64,000 nt of DNA from Alphaproteobacteria bacterium (GCA_964291215.2 OZ219790.1:1440001-1504000), one strand, 5' to 3'; shown: positions 39,411 through 61,567, counted from the stretch's first letter. Program-made: numbers and translations. Notes: generated by a model not told the origin, from the sequence alone.

Positions 39411-39923
39411 TCAGCCGTCCTCGGACGCCGGCGTCCCGCTGCCGTTCGCACCGGATTTCTGCGCCGGCGCCGCAACCGTGATCCGGCCGCCGGCCTTCTC
39501 GACCGCGGCCACCGCGCTCTTCGAGGCGCCGGCGACGGTGATCTCCAGGCTGGCCGTGATCTCGCCACCGCCGAGCAGCCGCACGCCGTCGCGCACCGAC
39601 TTGATGACGCCGGCGGCGACCAGCGCCCCGGCGTCGACGGGCTGGTCCGCATCGAGCCGGCCGGCATCGACGGCCTGCTGCAGGCGCCCGACATTGACCG
39701 CGCGGTAGCGCTTGCGGGAGATGTTGGTGAAGCCTGACTTGGGCAGCCGGCGGTGGAGCGGCATCTGCCCGCCCTCGAAACCGAGCAGCGACACGCCGCT
39801 GCGCGATTTCTGGCCCTTGTGCCCGCGCGTCGCGGTCTTGCCGGTGCCCGAGCCAATGCCGCGGCCAACCCGCTTGCGGGGCGTACGCGCCCCAAGCCGG
39901 CCGGAGAGTTCGTTGAGGCGCAT
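39411..39923 (-). CDS. rplO: 50S ribosomal protein L15
   Basis: [12 protein letters not shown]; FEGGQMPL. Confidence 0.97.
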   Translation of the reverse strand: MRLNELSGRLGARTPRKRVGRGIGSGTGKTATRGHKGQKSRSGVSLLGFEGGQMPLHRRLPKSGFTNISRKRYRAVNVGRLQQAVDAGRLDADQPVDAGALVAAGVIKSVRDGVRLLGGGEITASLEITVAGASKSAVAAVEKAGGRITVAAPAQKSGANGSGTPASEDG

Positions 39924-39964
39924 TGCCTGTCTCCCGAAACGCCGCGCGCTGGTGCCGCGCCGCG

Positions 39965-40153
39965 CTACTGGTCCTCGACCCGGACGAGGTGCCGGATCTT
40001 GTTGATCATGCCGCGCACTGCGGGCGTGTCCTCGAGCTCACGCGTGCGCCGGAGCCTGTTGAGCCCGAGCCCGGCGAGCGTCGCGCGCTGATCCCGCGGG
40101 CGCCCGATGCCGCTCCGCACCTGGGTGACGCGCAGGGTCTTGCGTCCGGCCAT
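39965..40153 (-). CDS. rpmD: 50S ribosomal protein L30
   Basis: VTQVRS.IGR...ATL.GLGL; position in spc operon. Confidence 0.95.
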   Translation of the reverse strand: MAGRKTLRVTQVRSGIGRPRDQRATLAGLGLNRLRRTRELEDTPAVRGMINKIRHLVRVEDQ

Positions 40154-40157
40154 GATG

Positions 40158-40709
40158 CTAGCCCTCGGCCTGGCTGCCATCGCGCTGCGACCAGATCTCC
40201 GAGACCTTGCGACCACGGCGGGCGGCGACGTTGCGCGGCGATTCCATGCTGGCCAGGGCCTGAAAGGTTGCCTTGACCATGTTGTAGGGGTTCTGGGTGC
40301 CGAGCGACTTGGCGACGACATCCTGCACGCCGAGGCTCTCGAAAACGGCACGCATCGGTCCGCCGGCGATGATTCCGGTGCCCGGCGGCGCCGTGCGCAG
40401 CACCACCCGGCCGGCGCCGTAGCGCCCCTGCACATCGTGGTGCAGCGCGCGCCCCTCGCGCAGCGGCACCCGCACGATGCTGCGCTTCGCCTTCTCGGTG
40501 CCCTTGCGGATCGCCTCGGGAACCTCGCGCGCCTTGCCAACGCCGTAGCCGACCCGGCCTTTCTGGTCGCCGACGACGACGAGCGCGGCGAAGCCGAAAC
40601 GGCGGCCGCCCTTGACCACCTTGGCGACGCGGTTGATGCTGACCAGCCGGTCGACGAGGTCGCTTCGTTCCTCGGGCTGTTCGCGGCCCCGCCGCGGGTT
40701 ACGTGCCAT
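40158..40709 (-). CDS. rpsE: 30S ribosomal protein S5
   Basis: [16 protein letters not shown]. Confidence 0.98.
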   Translation of the reverse strand: MARNPRRGREQPEERSDLVDRLVSINRVAKVVKGGRRFGFAALVVVGDQKGRVGYGVGKAREVPEAIRKGTEKAKRSIVRVPLREGRALHHDVQGRYGAGRVVLRTAPPGTGIIAGGPMRAVFESLGVQDVVAKSLGTQNPYNMVKATFQALASMESPRNVAARRGRKVSEIWSQRDGSQAEG

Positions 40710-40720
40710 CGGTCACTCCC

Positions 40721-41071
40721 CTAGAATACCAGCCCGGCCTCGCGGGCTGCCTCAGCCAGCGCCCTGACGCGGCCGTGATACAGATAGGCGCCGCGATCGA
40801 ACACGACCTCGCGCAGGCCCCTGTCGACGGCGCGTTCCGCGACGAGACGCCCTATCGCGACTGCGGCTTCGCGGCCCGGCGCGCCCGCGACCGCCTCCTC
40901 GAGGGAGGATGCAGCGGCCAGCGTTTCGCCACGCGAATCGTCGATGACCTGAGCGTAGATGTGCCGGTTCGACCTGAACACCGACAGGCGCGGGCGCGCG
41001 TTCGGTGTCCGGCGGATGCGGCGGCGCACGCGGCCCTGCCGGCGCACCCTCAACTGGTGTTGGACGGTCAT
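40721..41071 (-). CDS. rplR: 50S ribosomal protein L18
   Basis: [10 protein letters not shown]; VVFDRG.YLYHGRV. Confidence 0.97.
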   Translation of the reverse strand: MTVQHQLRVRRQGRVRRRIRRTPNARPRLSVFRSNRHIYAQVIDDSRGETLAAASSLEEAVAGAPGREAAVAIGRLVAERAVDRGLREVVFDRGAYLYHGRVRALAEAAREAGLVF

Positions 41072-41073
41072 GG

Positions 41074-41607
41074 CTATTTCTTCTTGCCTTCCTTGCGCAG
41101 GACGTGTTCGCCAACATAGCGCACGCCCTTGCCCTTGTAGGGTTCGGGTTTGCGGAAGCCGCGGATCTCGGCCGCGACCTGCCCGATCTTCTGGCGATCG
41201 ATGCCCGAGACGGTGATCTCGGTCTGGGTCGGCGTCTCGATGGTGATCCCGTCGGGCACCGGATAACGGATCTCGTGGCTGTAGCCGAGCTGCAGCACGA
41301 GTTCGCGGTCCTGCATCTGGGCACGGTAGCCGACGCCGACGATCTGCAGCTTCTTCTCGAAGCCCTTCGAGACGCCAACGACGAGGTTGTCCACGAGGCT
41401 CCGCGTCGTGCCCCACATCGCGCGCGCGCGCTTGCCCGGACCGGCGGGGCGCACGCGGACGGCGCCGTCCCCGCTCTCGACCTCGACCAGCCGGTCGATG
41501 TTCATCGTCAACTCGCCAAGCTTGCCGACAACCGTCATGGCGCCGTTCTCGATACGGACATCCACGCCTTCCGGGATCTCGACCGGCGACTGGCCAACTC
41601 GCGACAT
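41074..41607 (-). CDS. rplF: 50S ribosomal protein L6
   Basis: MSRVG; [11 protein letters not shown]. Confidence 0.98.
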   Translation of the reverse strand: MSRVGQSPVEIPEGVDVRIENGAMTVVGKLGELTMNIDRLVEVESGDGAVRVRPAGPGKRARAMWGTTRSLVDNLVVGVSKGFEKKLQIVGVGYRAQMQDRELVLQLGYSHEIRYPVPDGITIETPTQTEITVSGIDRQKIGQVAAEIRGFRKPEPYKGKGVRYVGEHVLRKEGKKK

Positions 41608-41622
41608 CGGACGCCTCCGTTC

Positions 41623-42021
41623 CTAGAATACTTCGCAGATGACTTCGCCGCCGACGCGCGCAGCGCGCGCCTCGCTGTCCGACATGACGCCGGCGGGCGT
41701 GGACAGGATCGAGATCCCGAGGCCGTTATAGATGCGCGGCAGGTCCCTGATCTTGAAGTAAACCCGGCGCCCCGGCTTCGAGACGCGCTGGATGTGGCGG
41801 ATGACGGGCGAGCCGCCGTGATACTTGAGTTCGATGCGGAGCTGCGTGATGGTCGGCTTTATCTCCTCGACCTGATAGCCGCGGATGTAGCCTTCGCGCT
41901 TGAGCACATCGAGCACGCCGACCCGCATCTTCGAACCCGGCGAGGTCACGGCGGCCTTCTTCGCCCGCTGGCCATTGCGGATACGGGTCAACAGATCGGC
42001 GATGGGATCCGTCATGGTCAT
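41623..42021 (-). CDS. rpsH: 30S ribosomal protein S8
   Basis: [12 protein letters not shown]; SKPGRRVY. Confidence 0.98.
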   Translation of the reverse strand: MTMTDPIADLLTRIRNGQRAKKAAVTSPGSKMRVGVLDVLKREGYIRGYQVEEIKPTITQLRIELKYHGGSPVIRHIQRVSKPGRRVYFKIRDLPRIYNGLGISILSTPAGVMSDSEARAARVGGEVICEVF

Positions 42022-42032
42022 GCCTGCCCCTC

Positions 42033-42338
42033 CTACCAGCTCGACTTCACCATCCCCGGGATCTGGCCCAGCGAGGCCAGTTCTCTCAGGGTGATGCGCG
42101 ACATCCGGAACTTGCGGTAGGTGCCGCGCGGGCGCCCGGTGATCTCGCAGCGGTTGCCGACGCGCACGGGCGACGAGTTGCGCGGCAGCTTCGCAAGCTT
42201 GAGACGCGCCTGGAAGCGCTCGTCCATCGCCAGCGAGCGGTCCTCGGCCATCGCCTTCAACTGCGCCCGCTTGGCGGCGTATTTGCGCATCAGGCGCTGC
42301 CTCTTGCGGTTGCGTTCAATGACGCTTTTCTTAGCCAT
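42033..42338 (-). CDS. rpsN: 30S ribosomal protein S14 (long, Zn-independent type)
   Basis: MAKKS; [11 protein letters not shown]; PGMVKSSW. Confidence 0.97.
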   Translation of the reverse strand: MAKKSVIERNRKRQRLMRKYAAKRAQLKAMAEDRSLAMDERFQARLKLAKLPRNSSPVRVGNRCEITGRPRGTYRKFRMSRITLRELASLGQIPGMVKSSW

Positions 42339-42356
42339 GACGCCCCTCCTGGTCCA

Positions 42357-42899
42357 TCAGCCGGTGAACGGAAAATCGAGCCCGCCGAGCAGCGCCCGCG
42401 CCTGCGCGTCGTCGGGCGCGGTGGTGCATACAACGATGTCCATGCCGCGGAACTCATCGACCGAATCGTAGTCGATTTCTGGAAACACGATCTGCTCGCG
42501 CAAGCCAAGCGCGTAGTTGCCACGGCCGTCGAAGCTCCGCGGCGACAGGCCGCGGAAATCGCGCACGCGCGGCAGCGCGATATTGACCAGCCGATCGACG
42601 AACTCGTACATGCGCTGGCGCCTGAGCGTGACCTTGACGCCGATGGGCATGCCCTCGCGCAGCTTGAAGGCAGCCACCGAGCGCCGCGCCCGGATGATGA
42701 CGGGCTTCTGGCCGGCGATCGCCGCCATGTCCTTGGCGGCGCTGTCGGCCTTCTTGGAATCGCCGATCGCCTCGCCGACGCCCATGTTGATGACGACCTT
42801 GTCGAGGCGCGGCACCTGCATCGAGTTGGCATAGCCGAACTCGGTGCGGAGCGCATCGCGGACCGTGGTCTGATAGTGTTCCTGGAGGCGCGGAATCAT
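42357..42899 (-). CDS. rplE: 50S ribosomal protein L5
   Basis: VINMGVG; LPRVRDFRG. Confidence 0.98.
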   Translation of the reverse strand: MIPRLQEHYQTTVRDALRTEFGYANSMQVPRLDKVVINMGVGEAIGDSKKADSAAKDMAAIAGQKPVIIRARRSVAAFKLREGMPIGVKVTLRRQRMYEFVDRLVNIALPRVRDFRGLSPRSFDGRGNYALGLREQIVFPEIDYDSVDEFRGMDIVVCTTAPDDAQARALLGGLDFPFTG

Positions 42900-42908
42900 G
42901 GTTCGTCC

Positions 42909-43223
42909 TCAGTCGAGCACTTCGCCGGACCGCCGGGCAAAGCGCACCTTGCGGCCGTCCTCGAGCAGGCGGAAGCCGACACGCGTCGGCTTGTCGTCGC
43001 CGGGGTCGGCGAGCGCCAGGTTCGAGAGGTGGATCGGGGCCTCCTTGCGCACCTTCCCGCCGTGCTGGCTCTGGGTCGGGCGGTAATGGCGGACCACCAT
43101 GTGGACATTGCTGACGAGGGCGCGGCCCTCGTCAGGCATGACTCGAAGCACGGTGCCCCGCTGTCCCTTGTCGCGTCCCGAGATCACCACGACCTCGTCG
43201 CCCTTGCGTATGCGTGCTGCCAT
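42909..43223 (-). CDS. rplX: 50S ribosomal protein L24
   Basis: [16 protein letters not shown]; EAPIHLSN. Confidence 0.97.
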   Translation of the reverse strand: MAARIRKGDEVVVISGRDKGQRGTVLRVMPDEGRALVSNVHMVVRHYRPTQSQHGGKVRKEAPIHLSNLALADPGDDKPTRVGFRLLEDGRKVRFARRSGEVLD

Positions 43224-43246
43224 TGTCCTTTCCCCGCCGCCGGCCC

Positions 43247-43615
43247 TCAGAGGACCTCCGGCGCCAGCGAGATGATTTTCATGTAGCGCTTGGCGCGCAG
43301 TTCGCGCGTCACCGGTCCGAAGATCCGGGTGCCGACAGGCTCGTCGGCGTTGTTGAGCAGCACCGCCGCGTTGCGGTCGAAGCGGATCGAGGTGCCGTCC
43401 TCGCGGAAGATCTCCTTGGCCGTGCGCACGATGACGGCGCGGTGGACATCGCCCTTCCTGACGCGGCCGCGCGGGATCGCGCCCTTGACCGAGACGATGA
43501 TGACGTCGCCCACGGTGGCCCAGCGCCGCTTCGAACCGCCAAGGATGCGGATGCACTGCACGCGGCGCGCACCCGAATTGTCGGCGACTTCCAGATTAGT
43601 CTCCGGAATGATCAT
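43247..43615 (-). CDS. rplN: 50S ribosomal protein L14
   Basis: VADNSGA; GTRIFGPV; IISLAPEVL. Confidence 0.98.
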   Translation of the reverse strand: MIIPETNLEVADNSGARRVQCIRILGGSKRRWATVGDVIIVSVKGAIPRGRVRKGDVHRAVIVRTAKEIFREDGTSIRFDRNAAVLLNNADEPVGTRIFGPVTRELRAKRYMKIISLAPEVL

Positions 43616-43877
43616 TGCCCTGTTCCCCTTGGGCGCCGACCGCGGCGCCGGCGTCAACGAGCTCCCATCGCTTGGTCTTCGATAGCGGGCGGCTTTCGCG
43701 AATGGTCACGCGGTCGCCCTCGCGGCACCGGTTCTCCGGATCATGGACGGCGAACTTCTTCGACCTGCGCATGATCTTCTTGTACAGCGGATGGCGAACC
43801 TGGCGGTCGACGCGCACGATCGCGGTCTTGTCCTGCCTGTCCGACACCACCGTCCCCTGCAGTTCTCGTCTCGGCAT
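43596..43877 (-). CDS. rpsQ: 30S ribosomal protein S17
   Basis: GTVVSD..DKT; [11 protein letters not shown]. Confidence 0.97.
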   Translation of the reverse strand: MPRRELQGTVVSDRQDKTAIVRVDRQVRHPLYKKIMRRSKKFAVHDPENRCREGDRVTIRESRPLSKTKRWELVDAGAAVGAQGEQGNDHSGD

Positions 43878-43890
43878 GCCCCTGCGCTCC

Positions 43891-44094
43891 CTAGCCGCCG
43901 ACCGCGGCGCTGCGTTCGTTCATGATCGTGCTGATGCGCGCTATGTCGCGCCGCACCTCGCGGACGCGGCTCGTCGATTCGAGCGTTCCCGCCGCGGCCT
44001 GGAACCTGAGGCGGAAGCGTTGATGCTTGAGGTGCGCGAGCAGGTCGCGAAGTTCGTCGTCGGTTTTCTGGCGCAGATCGGCGGCGCTCGTCAT
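43891..44094 (-). CDS. rpmC: 50S ribosomal protein L29
   Basis: F.LRFQ.A.G.L; VRRDIARI.T. Confidence 0.95.
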   Translation of the reverse strand: MTSAADLRQKTDDELRDLLAHLKHQRFRLRFQAAAGTLESTSRVREVRRDIARISTIMNERSAAVGG

Positions 44095-44098
44095 TGCT

Positions 44099-44521
44099 TC
44101 AACTCCCCGCGCCCACGAGGCGCGCGACAACCCGGGTCCTGATCGGCAGCTTGGCGGCGGCGAGCTGCAGCGCCACCTTGGCGACATCCTCGGACACGCC
44201 GTCGACCTCGAACATGATGCGCCCCGACTTGACCCGCGCCGCCCAGTATTCGGGCGTGCCCTTGCCCTTGCCCTGGCGCACCTCGGCCGGTTTCTGGGAT
44301 ACCGGCAGGTCCGGAAATATGCGTATCCACACCCGGCCCGAGCGCCGCATGTGACGCGTGATCGCGCGCCGCGACGCCTCGATCTGGCGTGCCGTGATGC
44401 GTCCCGGGGACATTGCCTTGAGTCCGTACGACCCGAAATTGAGCGTCGTCGCGCCCTTGGCCTTGCCCCTGATGCGCCCCTTGTGCGCCTTGCGGAACTT
44501 TCTCTTCTTCGGTGCCAGCAT
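44099..44521 (-). CDS. rplP: 50S ribosomal protein L16
   Basis: [11 protein letters not shown]; WIRIFPD. Confidence 0.98.
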   Translation of the reverse strand: MLAPKKRKFRKAHKGRIRGKAKGATTLNFGSYGLKAMSPGRITARQIEASRRAITRHMRRSGRVWIRIFPDLPVSQKPAEVRQGKGKGTPEYWAARVKSGRIMFEVDGVSEDVAKVALQLAAAKLPIRTRVVARLVGAGS

Positions 44522-44545
44522 GGTTCCGGTTCCCCTGCGCCGCGC

Positions 44546-45226
44546 CTAGCGGCCGCCTTCCCTTTCCTGCCTGCGCGTATCCTGGGCCATCGGATCGTGG
44601 GCCAGGATCTCGCCCTTGAAGACCCAGACCTTGACCCCGCACGTGCCGTAGGTGGTGCGCGCGGTCGCGGTGCCGTAATCGACATCGGCGCGCAGCGTGT
44701 GCAGCGGCACCCGCCCCTCGCGGTACCACTCGGTGCGCGCGATCTCGGCGCCGCCGAGGCGGCCCGAGCAGTTGATGCGAATGCCGTCGGCGCCGAGCCG
44801 CATCGCCGACTGCACGGCGCGGCGCATGGCGCGGCGAAAGGCGACGCGGCGCTCAAGCTGCTGGGCGATGTTCTCGGCCGCCAGCCGGGCGTCGATCTCG
44901 GGCTTGCGCACCTCGACGATGTTGATGTGGATCTCGCTCTCGGTCATGGCCGCGACGTCGCGGCGCAGCTTCTCGATGTCGGCGCCCTTCTTGCCGATGA
45001 CGACCCCGGGGCGCGCCGAATGGATGATGACGCGCGCCTTCTTGGCCGGCCGCTCGATGATGATCTTGCTCACCGCGGCTTCGGAGAGCCGCTTCATCAG
45101 GAACTTGCGCAGACGGATGTCCTCATGCAGGAGATCCGCATACTGCCCGTCGCGGGCGTACCAGCGCGAATCCCAGGTGCGGTTTATGCCGAGACGAAGC
45201 CCGATCGGATTGACCTTCTGGCCCAT
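44546..45226 (-). CDS. rpsC: 30S ribosomal protein S3
   Basis: [13 protein letters not shown]; [10 protein letters not shown]. Confidence 0.98.
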   Translation of the reverse strand: MGQKVNPIGLRLGINRTWDSRWYARDGQYADLLHEDIRLRKFLMKRLSEAAVSKIIIERPAKKARVIIHSARPGVVIGKKGADIEKLRRDVAAMTESEIHINIVEVRKPEIDARLAAENIAQQLERRVAFRRAMRRAVQSAMRLGADGIRINCSGRLGGAEIARTEWYREGRVPLHTLRADVDYGTATARTTYGTCGVKVWVFKGEILAHDPMAQDTRRQEREGGR

Positions 45227-45606
45227 TAGAACTCCTCCTCGACCTCGCGCAGCACGATGGTCAGGTTGCTGAACGGCTTCTCGATACGGTTGAAGCGGCC
45301 GCGCCCGCGCAGCCGGGAGCGTCTCATGACCATGGTCCGCCCGGTCGTCGCCTCGGCGACGATGAGGCGGTCGACATCGAGCTGGTGGTTGTACTCGGCG
45401 TTGGCGATCGCCGACTCGAGAACGGCCCTGACGTTGCCGGCAACGCGGCGGCGCGACATCGCGAGCTCGTTGAGCGCCCTTTCGACCGGCAGACCGCGAA
45501 TCGACTGCGCCACCAGGTTGAGCTTCCGCGCGCTCCCGCGGATCATGCGCGAGAACGCCATTGCCTCGTTGCCGCGCAGCCGGCGCGGTCGGGAACGCTT
45601 GCCCAT
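45226..45606 (-). CDS. rplV: 50S ribosomal protein L22
   Basis: SARKLNLVA; LESAIANAE. Confidence 0.97.
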   Translation of the reverse strand: MGKRSRPRRLRGNEAMAFSRMIRGSARKLNLVAQSIRGLPVERALNELAMSRRRVAGNVRAVLESAIANAEYNHQLDVDRLIVAEATTGRTMVMRRSRLRGRGRFNRIEKPFSNLTIVLREVEEEF

Positions 45607-45607
45607 G

Positions 45608-45886
45608 TCAGCCCCTCCGCGCCCTCTTGTCGGCAGCGTGGCCGTGATAGGTCCGTGTCGGCGCGAACTCGCCAAACTTGTGGCCGACCATGTTCTCGGT
45701 CACGAGCACGGGGATGTGCTTGTGGCCGTTGTGCACGCCGAAGGTGAGCCCCACGAACTGGGGCAGGATGGTCGAACGCCGCGACCAGGTGCGGATCACG
45801 TCATTGCGCCCCGAAGCGCGCGCGCGTTCCGCCTTCTTGAGCAGGTAGCCGTCGACGAACGGGCCTTTCCACAGGGAGCGGGCCAT
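45608..45886 (-). CDS. rpsS: 30S ribosomal protein S19
   Basis: [10 protein letters not shown]; [12 protein letters not shown]. Confidence 0.98.
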   Translation of the reverse strand: MARSLWKGPFVDGYLLKKAERARASGRNDVIRTWSRRSTILPQFVGLTFGVHNGHKHIPVLVTENMVGHKFGEFAPTRTYHGHAADKRARRG

Positions 45887-45898
45887 GGTGCGGGCCTC

Positions 45899-46729
45899 CT
45901 ACTTCTTGCGCCGCCGACGGCGCATGATGAGCGCATCGGACTTCTTCTTCGAGCGCGTTCGCGCGCCCTTGGTCGGCTTGCCCCACGGCGACACCGGGTG
46001 GCGGCCGCCCGAGGTGCGGCCCTCGCCGCCGCCATGGGGATGGTCGACCGGGTTCATCGCCACGCCGCGCACCTGCGGCCGGCGGCCGCGCCAGCGGTTG
46101 CGGCCCGCCTTGGCGAGGTTGATGTTCTGGTTGTCGGAGTTCGAGACCGCGCCAACCGTGGCCATGCACTTGGCCGACACCATGCGCAGCTCACCCGACG
46201 ACAGCCGGAGCTGCGCGTATCCCGAGTCCTTGCCAATGAGCTGCACGTAGGTGCCCGCAGCGCGCGCCATCTGCCCGCCACGGCCCGGCTTCATCTCGAC
46301 ATTGTGGATGATGGTGCCGACCGGCATGTTCTCCATCGGCATCGCGTTGCCGGGCTTGATGTCGGCGCGCTCGGCGGAGACGATGACGTCGCCGGGGCCG
46401 AGCCGCTGCGGCGCCAGAATGTAGGCCTGTTCGCCGTCCTCATAGCGCACCAGCGCGATGAAGGCCGAACGGTTGGGATCGTATTCGAGCCGTTCCACGG
46501 AGCCGGGCACGCCGAACTTGCGGCGCTTGAAGTCGATGACGCGGTAGAGCCGCTTGTGACCGCCGCCGCGGCGGCGCGAAGTGATGCGGCCCTGGTTGTT
46601 GCGCCCGCCGCTCTTGCTCAGACCCTCGGTCAGCGTCTTGACCGGGCGGCCCTTCCACAGTTCGGAGCGGTCGACGAGCACGAGGCCGCGGGTTGCGGAC
46701 GTGATCGGGTTGTAGTGCTTGAGCGCCAT
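45899..46729 (-). CDS. rplB: 50S ribosomal protein L2
   Basis: GRNNQGRIT; [13 protein letters not shown]. Confidence 0.99.
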   Translation of the reverse strand: MALKHYNPITSATRGLVLVDRSELWKGRPVKTLTEGLSKSGGRNNQGRITSRRRGGGHKRLYRVIDFKRRKFGVPGSVERLEYDPNRSAFIALVRYEDGEQAYILAPQRLGPGDVIVSAERADIKPGNAMPMENMPVGTIIHNVEMKPGRGGQMARAAGTYVQLIGKDSGYAQLRLSSGELRMVSAKCMATVGAVSNSDNQNINLAKAGRNRWRGRRPQVRGVAMNPVDHPHGGGEGRTSGGRHPVSPWGKPTKGARTRSKKKSDALIMRRRRRKK

Positions 46730-46732
46730 CGG

Positions 46733-47056
46733 TCAGAACCCCGTCTCGATGTCGATGAAATAGCCGTCCTCAAGGCAGACGATCGCCTTCTTGTAGTCGG
46801 CCTGGCGGCCGATGCGGCCGCGGAAGCGCTTGACCTTGCCCTTGCAGCGCACGGTGTTGACCGACCTGACCTCAACCTCGAACAGCAACTCGACGGCAGC
46901 GCGGATCACCGGCTTGGTAGCGCGGAGCGGCACCCGGAAGGTCACCTGGTTGAACTCGGAGCCGTGCACCGACTTCTCGGTGACGACGGGCCTGAGGATA
47001 ATGTCGCAGGCCGCGTCCGGACTCACACGGGCCGGCCGGTAGTACTTCCAGCTCAT
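46733..47056 (-). CDS. rplW: 50S ribosomal protein L23
   Basis: PVVTEKS; KKAIVCL. Confidence 0.95.
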   Translation of the reverse strand: MSWKYYRPARVSPDAACDIILRPVVTEKSVHGSEFNQVTFRVPLRATKPVIRAAVELLFEVEVRSVNTVRCKGKVKRFRGRIGRQADYKKAIVCLEDGYFIDIETGF

Positions 47057-47673
47057 GACAGCCGCTCCTGAAGATGTTCGGCCGCCGCGCGCGTGAGCAC
47101 CAGCATGTCGCGGCGCACGATGTCGTAGACGTTCGCGCCCTGCTGCGGCAGGACGTCGACGTTGGGCAGGTTGGCGGCGGCGCGCGCGAGGTTGGAGTCG
47201 ACCTCGGAACCGGTGACGATGAGCACGTTCGACCAGCCGAGGGCGGCGAGCCTAGCCGCAAGCTCGCGCGTCTTCGGCGCATCGAGCGCGGCGTCGTCGA
47301 GAATGGCAAGCCGACCCGCGGCCTGCTTGTCCGAGAGTGCCGAGCGCATGGCGAGCCGGCGGACCTTGCGCGGCAGCCGGTGCGCGTGGTCGCGGACCAC
47401 GGGACCGAAGACGGTGGCGCCGCCGCGGAACTGGGTCGCCCGCGTGGTGCCGGCGCGCGCGCGTCCGCCGCCCTTCTGGCGCCACGGCTTGGCAGTGCTG
47501 CCGCGGATCTCGCTGACGGTCTTGGTCTTGTGGTTGCCCGAGCGCCGCTTGGCGAGCTGCCAGTTGACCATGCGGTGCACGATGTCGTGGCGAACTTCGG
47601 CGCCGAAGACGGTCTCGGAAAGGTCGACGGAGCCGGCGGCGCCGTTGTCGAGCGTGATGACATCAAGTTTCAT
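47053..47673 (-). CDS. rplD: 50S ribosomal protein L4
   Basis: [12 protein letters not shown]; FRGG..VFGP. Confidence 0.97.
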   Translation of the reverse strand: MKLDVITLDNGAAGSVDLSETVFGAEVRHDIVHRMVNWQLAKRRSGNHKTKTVSEIRGSTAKPWRQKGGGRARAGTTRATQFRGGATVFGPVVRDHAHRLPRKVRRLAMRSALSDKQAAGRLAILDDAALDAPKTRELAARLAALGWSNVLIVTGSEVDSNLARAAANLPNVDVLPQQGANVYDIVRRDMLVLTRAAAEHLQERLS

Positions 47674-47707
47674 GGTGCGCGATTCCGTCCTGTCCCCGCC
47701 TCGACAT

Positions 47708-48430
47708 TCACGATGCGGCTTCGCCGTCCGCCGGCATGCCGTCGTCGGCCGATGCGTCGCCGCGCAGTCCGGCCGGGAAAGGCACGCCGTCGGGAAGCGG
47801 CCGCTTGCTGGCGTCGAACACCTCGACCCAGGCGCCGTCATGGCCGGGCACGCTGCCGCGCACCAGGATGACGCCCTGCCCGGCATCGGCGCGCACGACC
47901 TCGAGGTTCTGCACGGTCGCCCGCCGCGCCCCGAGATGGCCGGCCATCTTCTTGCCCTTGAAGACCTTTCCCGGATCCTGGGAGTTGCCCGTCGAGCCGT
48001 GGCTGCGGTGACTGACGGAGACGCCGTGGCTGGCCTCGAGCCCGCCGAAATTGTGCCGCTTCATGCCACCGGCAAAGCCCTTGCCGATCGACACGCCGGC
48101 AACATCGACGAACTGACCCGGAACGAAATGGCCGGCGGTGAGTTCTGCGCCGACCTCGAGAAGCGCGTCGTCGTCGACGCGGAACTCCGCCAGCACCCGC
48201 TTGGGCTCGACGCGGGCGCGCGCGAAATGTCCGCGCATCGGCTTCGAGACGTTCTTGGCCTTGGCCCGGCCGGCGCCGATCTGGACCGCGGAGTAACCAT
48301 GGCTGTCGCGCGTGCGCACATCGACGACCTGGCACGAATCGACCTCAAGCACGGTGACCGGCACGTGGCGGCCGTCATCCGAGAAGACCCGCGTCATGCC
48401 GGCCTTGCGCGCTATGAGTCCGGAACGCAT
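47708..48430 (-). CDS. rplC: 50S ribosomal protein L3
   Basis: K.GMTR; GKGFAG.MKRH; GKKMAGHLG. Confidence 0.98.
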   Translation of the reverse strand: MRSGLIARKAGMTRVFSDDGRHVPVTVLEVDSCQVVDVRTRDSHGYSAVQIGAGRAKAKNVSKPMRGHFARARVEPKRVLAEFRVDDDALLEVGAELTAGHFVPGQFVDVAGVSIGKGFAGGMKRHNFGGLEASHGVSVSHRSHGSTGNSQDPGKVFKGKKMAGHLGARRATVQNLEVVRADAGQGVILVRGSVPGHDGAWVEVFDASKRPLPDGVPFPAGLRGDASADDGMPADGEAAS

Positions 48431-48442
48431 CGGCCGGCCGCC

Positions 48443-48751
<309 letters not shown>

Positions 48752-48777
48752 CTCGGGGCCTCTCGCTGCCGGGTGTT

Positions 48778-49968
48778 TTATTCGGTGATGGCGGCGACGA
48801 CGCCGGCGCCGACGGTGCGTCCGCCCTCGCGGATTGCGAAGCGCAGCCCCTCGCTCATCGCAATCGGCGCGATCAGCTCGACCTCCATCGACACGTTGTC
48901 CCCCGGCATCACCATCTCCGTGCCCTCCGGAAGCGCAACCTGACCCGTCACGTCCGTCGTCCGGAAGTAAAACTGCGGACGGTAGTTCGAAAAGAACGGC
49001 GTGTGACGGCCGCCCTCGTCCTTGGTCAGAACATACGCCTCCGCCTTGAACTTCGTGTGCGGACGTATCGAGCCCGGCGCCGCCAGAACCTGACCTCGCT
49101 CGACGCCGTCGCGGTCGACACCGCGCAGCAGACACCCGACATTGTCGCCAGCCTCGCCCGAATCCAGAAGCTTGCGGAACATCTCGACGCCCGTGACAAC
49201 CGTCGACGACGTGTCGCGAATGCCCACAACCTCCACATTGTCGCCGACATTGATCACGCCGCACTCGATGCGGCCCGTCACCACCGTGCCACGGCCCGAT
49301 ATCGAGAACACATCCTCGATCGGCATCAGAAACGGCTGGTCGCGCGGACGCTCGGGCTGCGGAACATACGAATCCACAGCCTCCATCAGCGCAATCACAG
49401 AGCCCCGACCCTGCTCGCCGTCGCCGCCCTCGAGCGCCTCAAGCGCCGATCCCTGAATAACCGGGATGTCGTCGCCCGGAAAATCATACGAACTCAGAAG
49501 CTCGCGCACCTCAAGCTCCACAAGCTCCACAAGCTCCGGATCGTCAACCTGGTCAACCTTGTTCAGATACACGACTATCGCCGGAACACCGACCTGACGC
49601 GCCAGAAGTATGTGCTCGCGCGTCTGCGGCATCGGACCGTCCGCCGCGCTCACAACCAGAATCGCCCCGTCCATCTGCGCCGCGCCGGTGATCATGTTTT
49701 TCACATAGTCCGCGTGACCCGGACAGTCGACATGCGCGTAGTGACGATTCGACGTCTCGTACTCGACATGCGCCGTCGCAATCGTGATCCCGCGCTCGCG
49801 CTCCTCCGGCGCCTTGTCAATCTGGTCGTACGCCGTAAACTCCGCGCCGCCAGACTCCGCCAGAATCTTCGTAATCGCCGCCGTCAACGTCGTCTTCCCA
49901 TGGTCAACATGACCAATCGTACCGACGTTGCAGTGCGGCTTCGTACGCTCAAACTTCGCCTTCGCCAT
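48778..49968 (-). CDS. tuf: Elongation factor Tu
   Basis: [21 protein letters not shown] and NKVD motifs. Confidence 0.99.
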   Translation of the reverse strand: MAKAKFERTKPHCNVGTIGHVDHGKTTLTAAITKILAESGGAEFTAYDQIDKAPEERERGITIATAHVEYETSNRHYAHVDCPGHADYVKNMITGAAQMDGAILVVSAADGPMPQTREHILLARQVGVPAIVVYLNKVDQVDDPELVELVELEVRELLSSYDFPGDDIPVIQGSALEALEGGDGEQGRGSVIALMEAVDSYVPQPERPRDQPFLMPIEDVFSISGRGTVVTGRIECGVINVGDNVEVVGIRDTSSTVVTGVEMFRKLLDSGEAGDNVGCLLRGVDRDGVERGQVLAAPGSIRPHTKFKAEAYVLTKDEGGRHTPFFSNYRPQFYFRTTDVTGQVALPEGTEMVMPGDNVSMEVELIAPIAMSEGLRFAIREGGRTVGAGVVAAITE

Positions 49969-49997
49969 TGCCGTGTTCCTCGAAAACCGCCGCCCGG

Positions 49998-52073
49998 TCA
50001 CGCCAAGCTGGCGCGCACCTCGTCGGCGACGCCCTGCGGCACCTGCTCGTAGCTGTCAAAATGCATGGTAAACTGCGCCCGCCCCTGGCTCATCGAGCGC
50101 AGGTTGTTGACGTAGCCGAACATGTTGGCGAGCGGAACGCGAGCGCTGATGGTGCGCGCGTTGCCGCGCGTGTCCATGCCCTGGACGTGCCCGCGGCGCC
50201 CGTTGAGATCGCCGATGATGTCGCCCATATACTCCTCGGGCGTGACCACCTCGACGAGCATCATCGGCTCGAGAAGCTTCGGCGACGCCTTCTCGAGGCC
50301 CTCGCGGAAGGCGGCGCGCGCCGCAATCTCGAAGGCCATGACCGAGGAGTCCACGTCGTGGCTGTCACCATCGACGAGCGTCATGCGCACGCCGGTGACG
50401 GGAAAGCCGGCGAGCACGCCCGATGCGGCGGCGCCGCGCAGCCCCTTCTCAACGCCGGGCACGTATTCCCGCGGCACTGCGCCGCCGACGATGCGCGATT
50501 CGAACTCGAGCCCGTTGCCCGCTTCGAGCGGCTCGAACAGGATCTTCACGCGCGCGAACTGGCCGGCGCCGCCGGTCTGCTTGCGGTGGATATGGTCGAT
50601 CTCGGTCGACCTCGAGATGGTCTCGCGGTAGGCGACCTGCGGCGCACCCACATTGGCGTCGACCTTGAACTCGCGGCGCATGCGGTCGACGAGAATCTCG
50701 AGATGAAGCTCGCCCATGCCGCCGATGACGGTCTGGCCGCTCTCCTGGTCGCTGGCGACGCGGAAGGACGGGTCCTCCTGGGCGAGCCGCGACAGCGCGA
50801 CCGACATCTTTTCCTGGTCACCGGCGGTGCGCGGTTCGACGGCGACCTCGATGACCGGCTCGGGAAACTCCATGCGCTCGAGAATAACGGCGGCGGCAGG
50901 ATCGCACAGCGTGTCGCCGGTACCGACATTCTTGAGCCCGGCAAGCGCCACGATGTCGCCGGAGCGCGCCTCGCGGATATCCTCGCGGCTGTTGGCGTGC
51001 ATGAGCAGCATGCGGCCGACGCGCTCGCGCGCGCCGCGCACCGGGTTGAGCATGCTGTCGCCGGACCGCAGCACCCCGGAATAGATGCGCACGAAGGTGA
51101 GCGTCCCGACGAACGGGTCGGTCATGATCTTGAAGGCGAGCGCGGCAAACGGCTCGTCGTCGCTGTTCGAGCGCGTGATCTCGGTCTCGTCGTCGGCGGC
51201 GACGCCACGGATGGCGGCGACGTCAGTCGGCGAGGGCAGGTAGCGCACGACGGCGTCGAGCAGTGGCTGCACGCCCTTGTTCTTGAAGGCGCTGCCGTTG
51301 AGAACCGGCACGATCGCGTTGGCCGCCGTGCCCCGGCGCAAGCACGCGATCAGGACCTCCTCCGGCGGCTCAGTGCCGTCGAGATAAGCCTCCATCGCCG
51401 CCTCGTCGAACTCGACCGCGGCCTCGATCAGCCGTTCGCGCCACAGCGCGGCCTCGGCGGCGCTGTCGGCCGGTACCGGGCCGGTCTCGAACTCGGCGCC
51501 GAGGGTCTCGTCCTTCCACACCACGACCTCGTTGCGGATCAGGTCGATGACACCCTCGTAGCCGGCTTCGGCGCCCAGCGGCAGCTGCAGTACCACCGGG
51601 CTGGCGCCGAGGCGGTCGCGGATCATGTCGACACAGCGGAAGAAATCGGCGCCGGTGCGATCCATCTTGTTGACGAAGCAGATGCGCGGCACGCCGTACT
51701 TGTCGGCCTGGCGCCACACCGTCTCCGACTGCGGCTCGACGCCGGCGACTGAATCGAACACGGCAACGGCGCCGTCGAGCACGCGCAGCGAGCGCTCGAC
51801 CTCGATGGTGAAGTCGACATGGCCCGGCGTGTCGATGATGTTGATGCGATGATCGTCCCATGCGCAAGTGGTGGCGGCCGAGGTGATCGTGATGCCGCGT
51901 TCCTGCTCCTGCTCCATCCAGTCCATCGTCGCGGTGCCGTCATGCACCTCGCCGATCTTGTAGGACCGTCCGGTGTAGTAGAGGATGCGCTCCGTCGTCG
52001 TCGTCTTGCCAGCGTCGATATGCGCCATGATGCCGATATTGCGGTAGCGGTGGACGGGTGTACTGCGCGACAT
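49998..52073 (-). CDS. fusA: Elongation factor G
   Basis: [17 protein letters not shown] and NKMD motifs. Confidence 0.99.
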   Translation of the reverse strand: MSRSTPVHRYRNIGIMAHIDAGKTTTTERILYYTGRSYKIGEVHDGTATMDWMEQEQERGITITSAATTCAWDDHRINIIDTPGHVDFTIEVERSLRVLDGAVAVFDSVAGVEPQSETVWRQADKYGVPRICFVNKMDRTGADFFRCVDMIRDRLGASPVVLQLPLGAEAGYEGVIDLIRNEVVVWKDETLGAEFETGPVPADSAAEAALWRERLIEAAVEFDEAAMEAYLDGTEPPEEVLIACLRRGTAANAIVPVLNGSAFKNKGVQPLLDAVVRYLPSPTDVAAIRGVAADDETEITRSNSDDEPFAALAFKIMTDPFVGTLTFVRIYSGVLRSGDSMLNPVRGARERVGRMLLMHANSREDIREARSGDIVALAGLKNVGTGDTLCDPAAAVILERMEFPEPVIEVAVEPRTAGDQEKMSVALSRLAQEDPSFRVASDQESGQTVIGGMGELHLEILVDRMRREFKVDANVGAPQVAYRETISRSTEIDHIHRKQTGGAGQFARVKILFEPLEAGNGLEFESRIVGGAVPREYVPGVEKGLRGAAASGVLAGFPVTGVRMTLVDGDSHDVDSSVMAFEIAARAAFREGLEKASPKLLEPMMLVEVVTPEEYMGDIIGDLNGRRGHVQGMDTRGNARTISARVPLANMFGYVNNLRSMSQGRAQFTMHFDSYEQVPQGVADEVRASLA

Positions 52074-52105
52074 GACGGGATTTCCTGAACCGACGTTCCG
52101 CTGGC

Positions 52106-52958
<853 letters not shown>

Positions 52959-53119
52959 GCCGTCCGTCCTGTCACTGTGGTTGCGTGGCGTCTGAACCGG
53001 AACGTTCGCGCACAAGGGTGCACGCGGCCGCTGATCCGGTTCACAGCCCACGCTGTCTGTTTATCCGTTTTCCTGCCGCGGCAGCTTCGGAGGGCCAGCG
53101 TCGCGATGCAGGCCCGCGG

Positions 53120-53169
53120 AACCTAGCCGCAGGCCGCGGCGCCGTCAACCCGGCCGCACGATTTTTTTT
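53120..53169 (-). promoter_or_regulatory. Putative str-operon (rpsL) promoter with A-tract UP element
   Basis: Minus strand reads A8 tract...TTGACG-N17-TAGGTT. Confidence 0.65.
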
Positions 53170-53177
53170 GCCGCCGC

Positions 53178-57371
<4,194 letters not shown>

Positions 57372-57415
57372 CCGCCGTCTCCTCGAGGGCCCCGGCGCCC
57401 GCAGGCACCGGGCGC

Positions 57416-61567
<4,152 letters not shown>

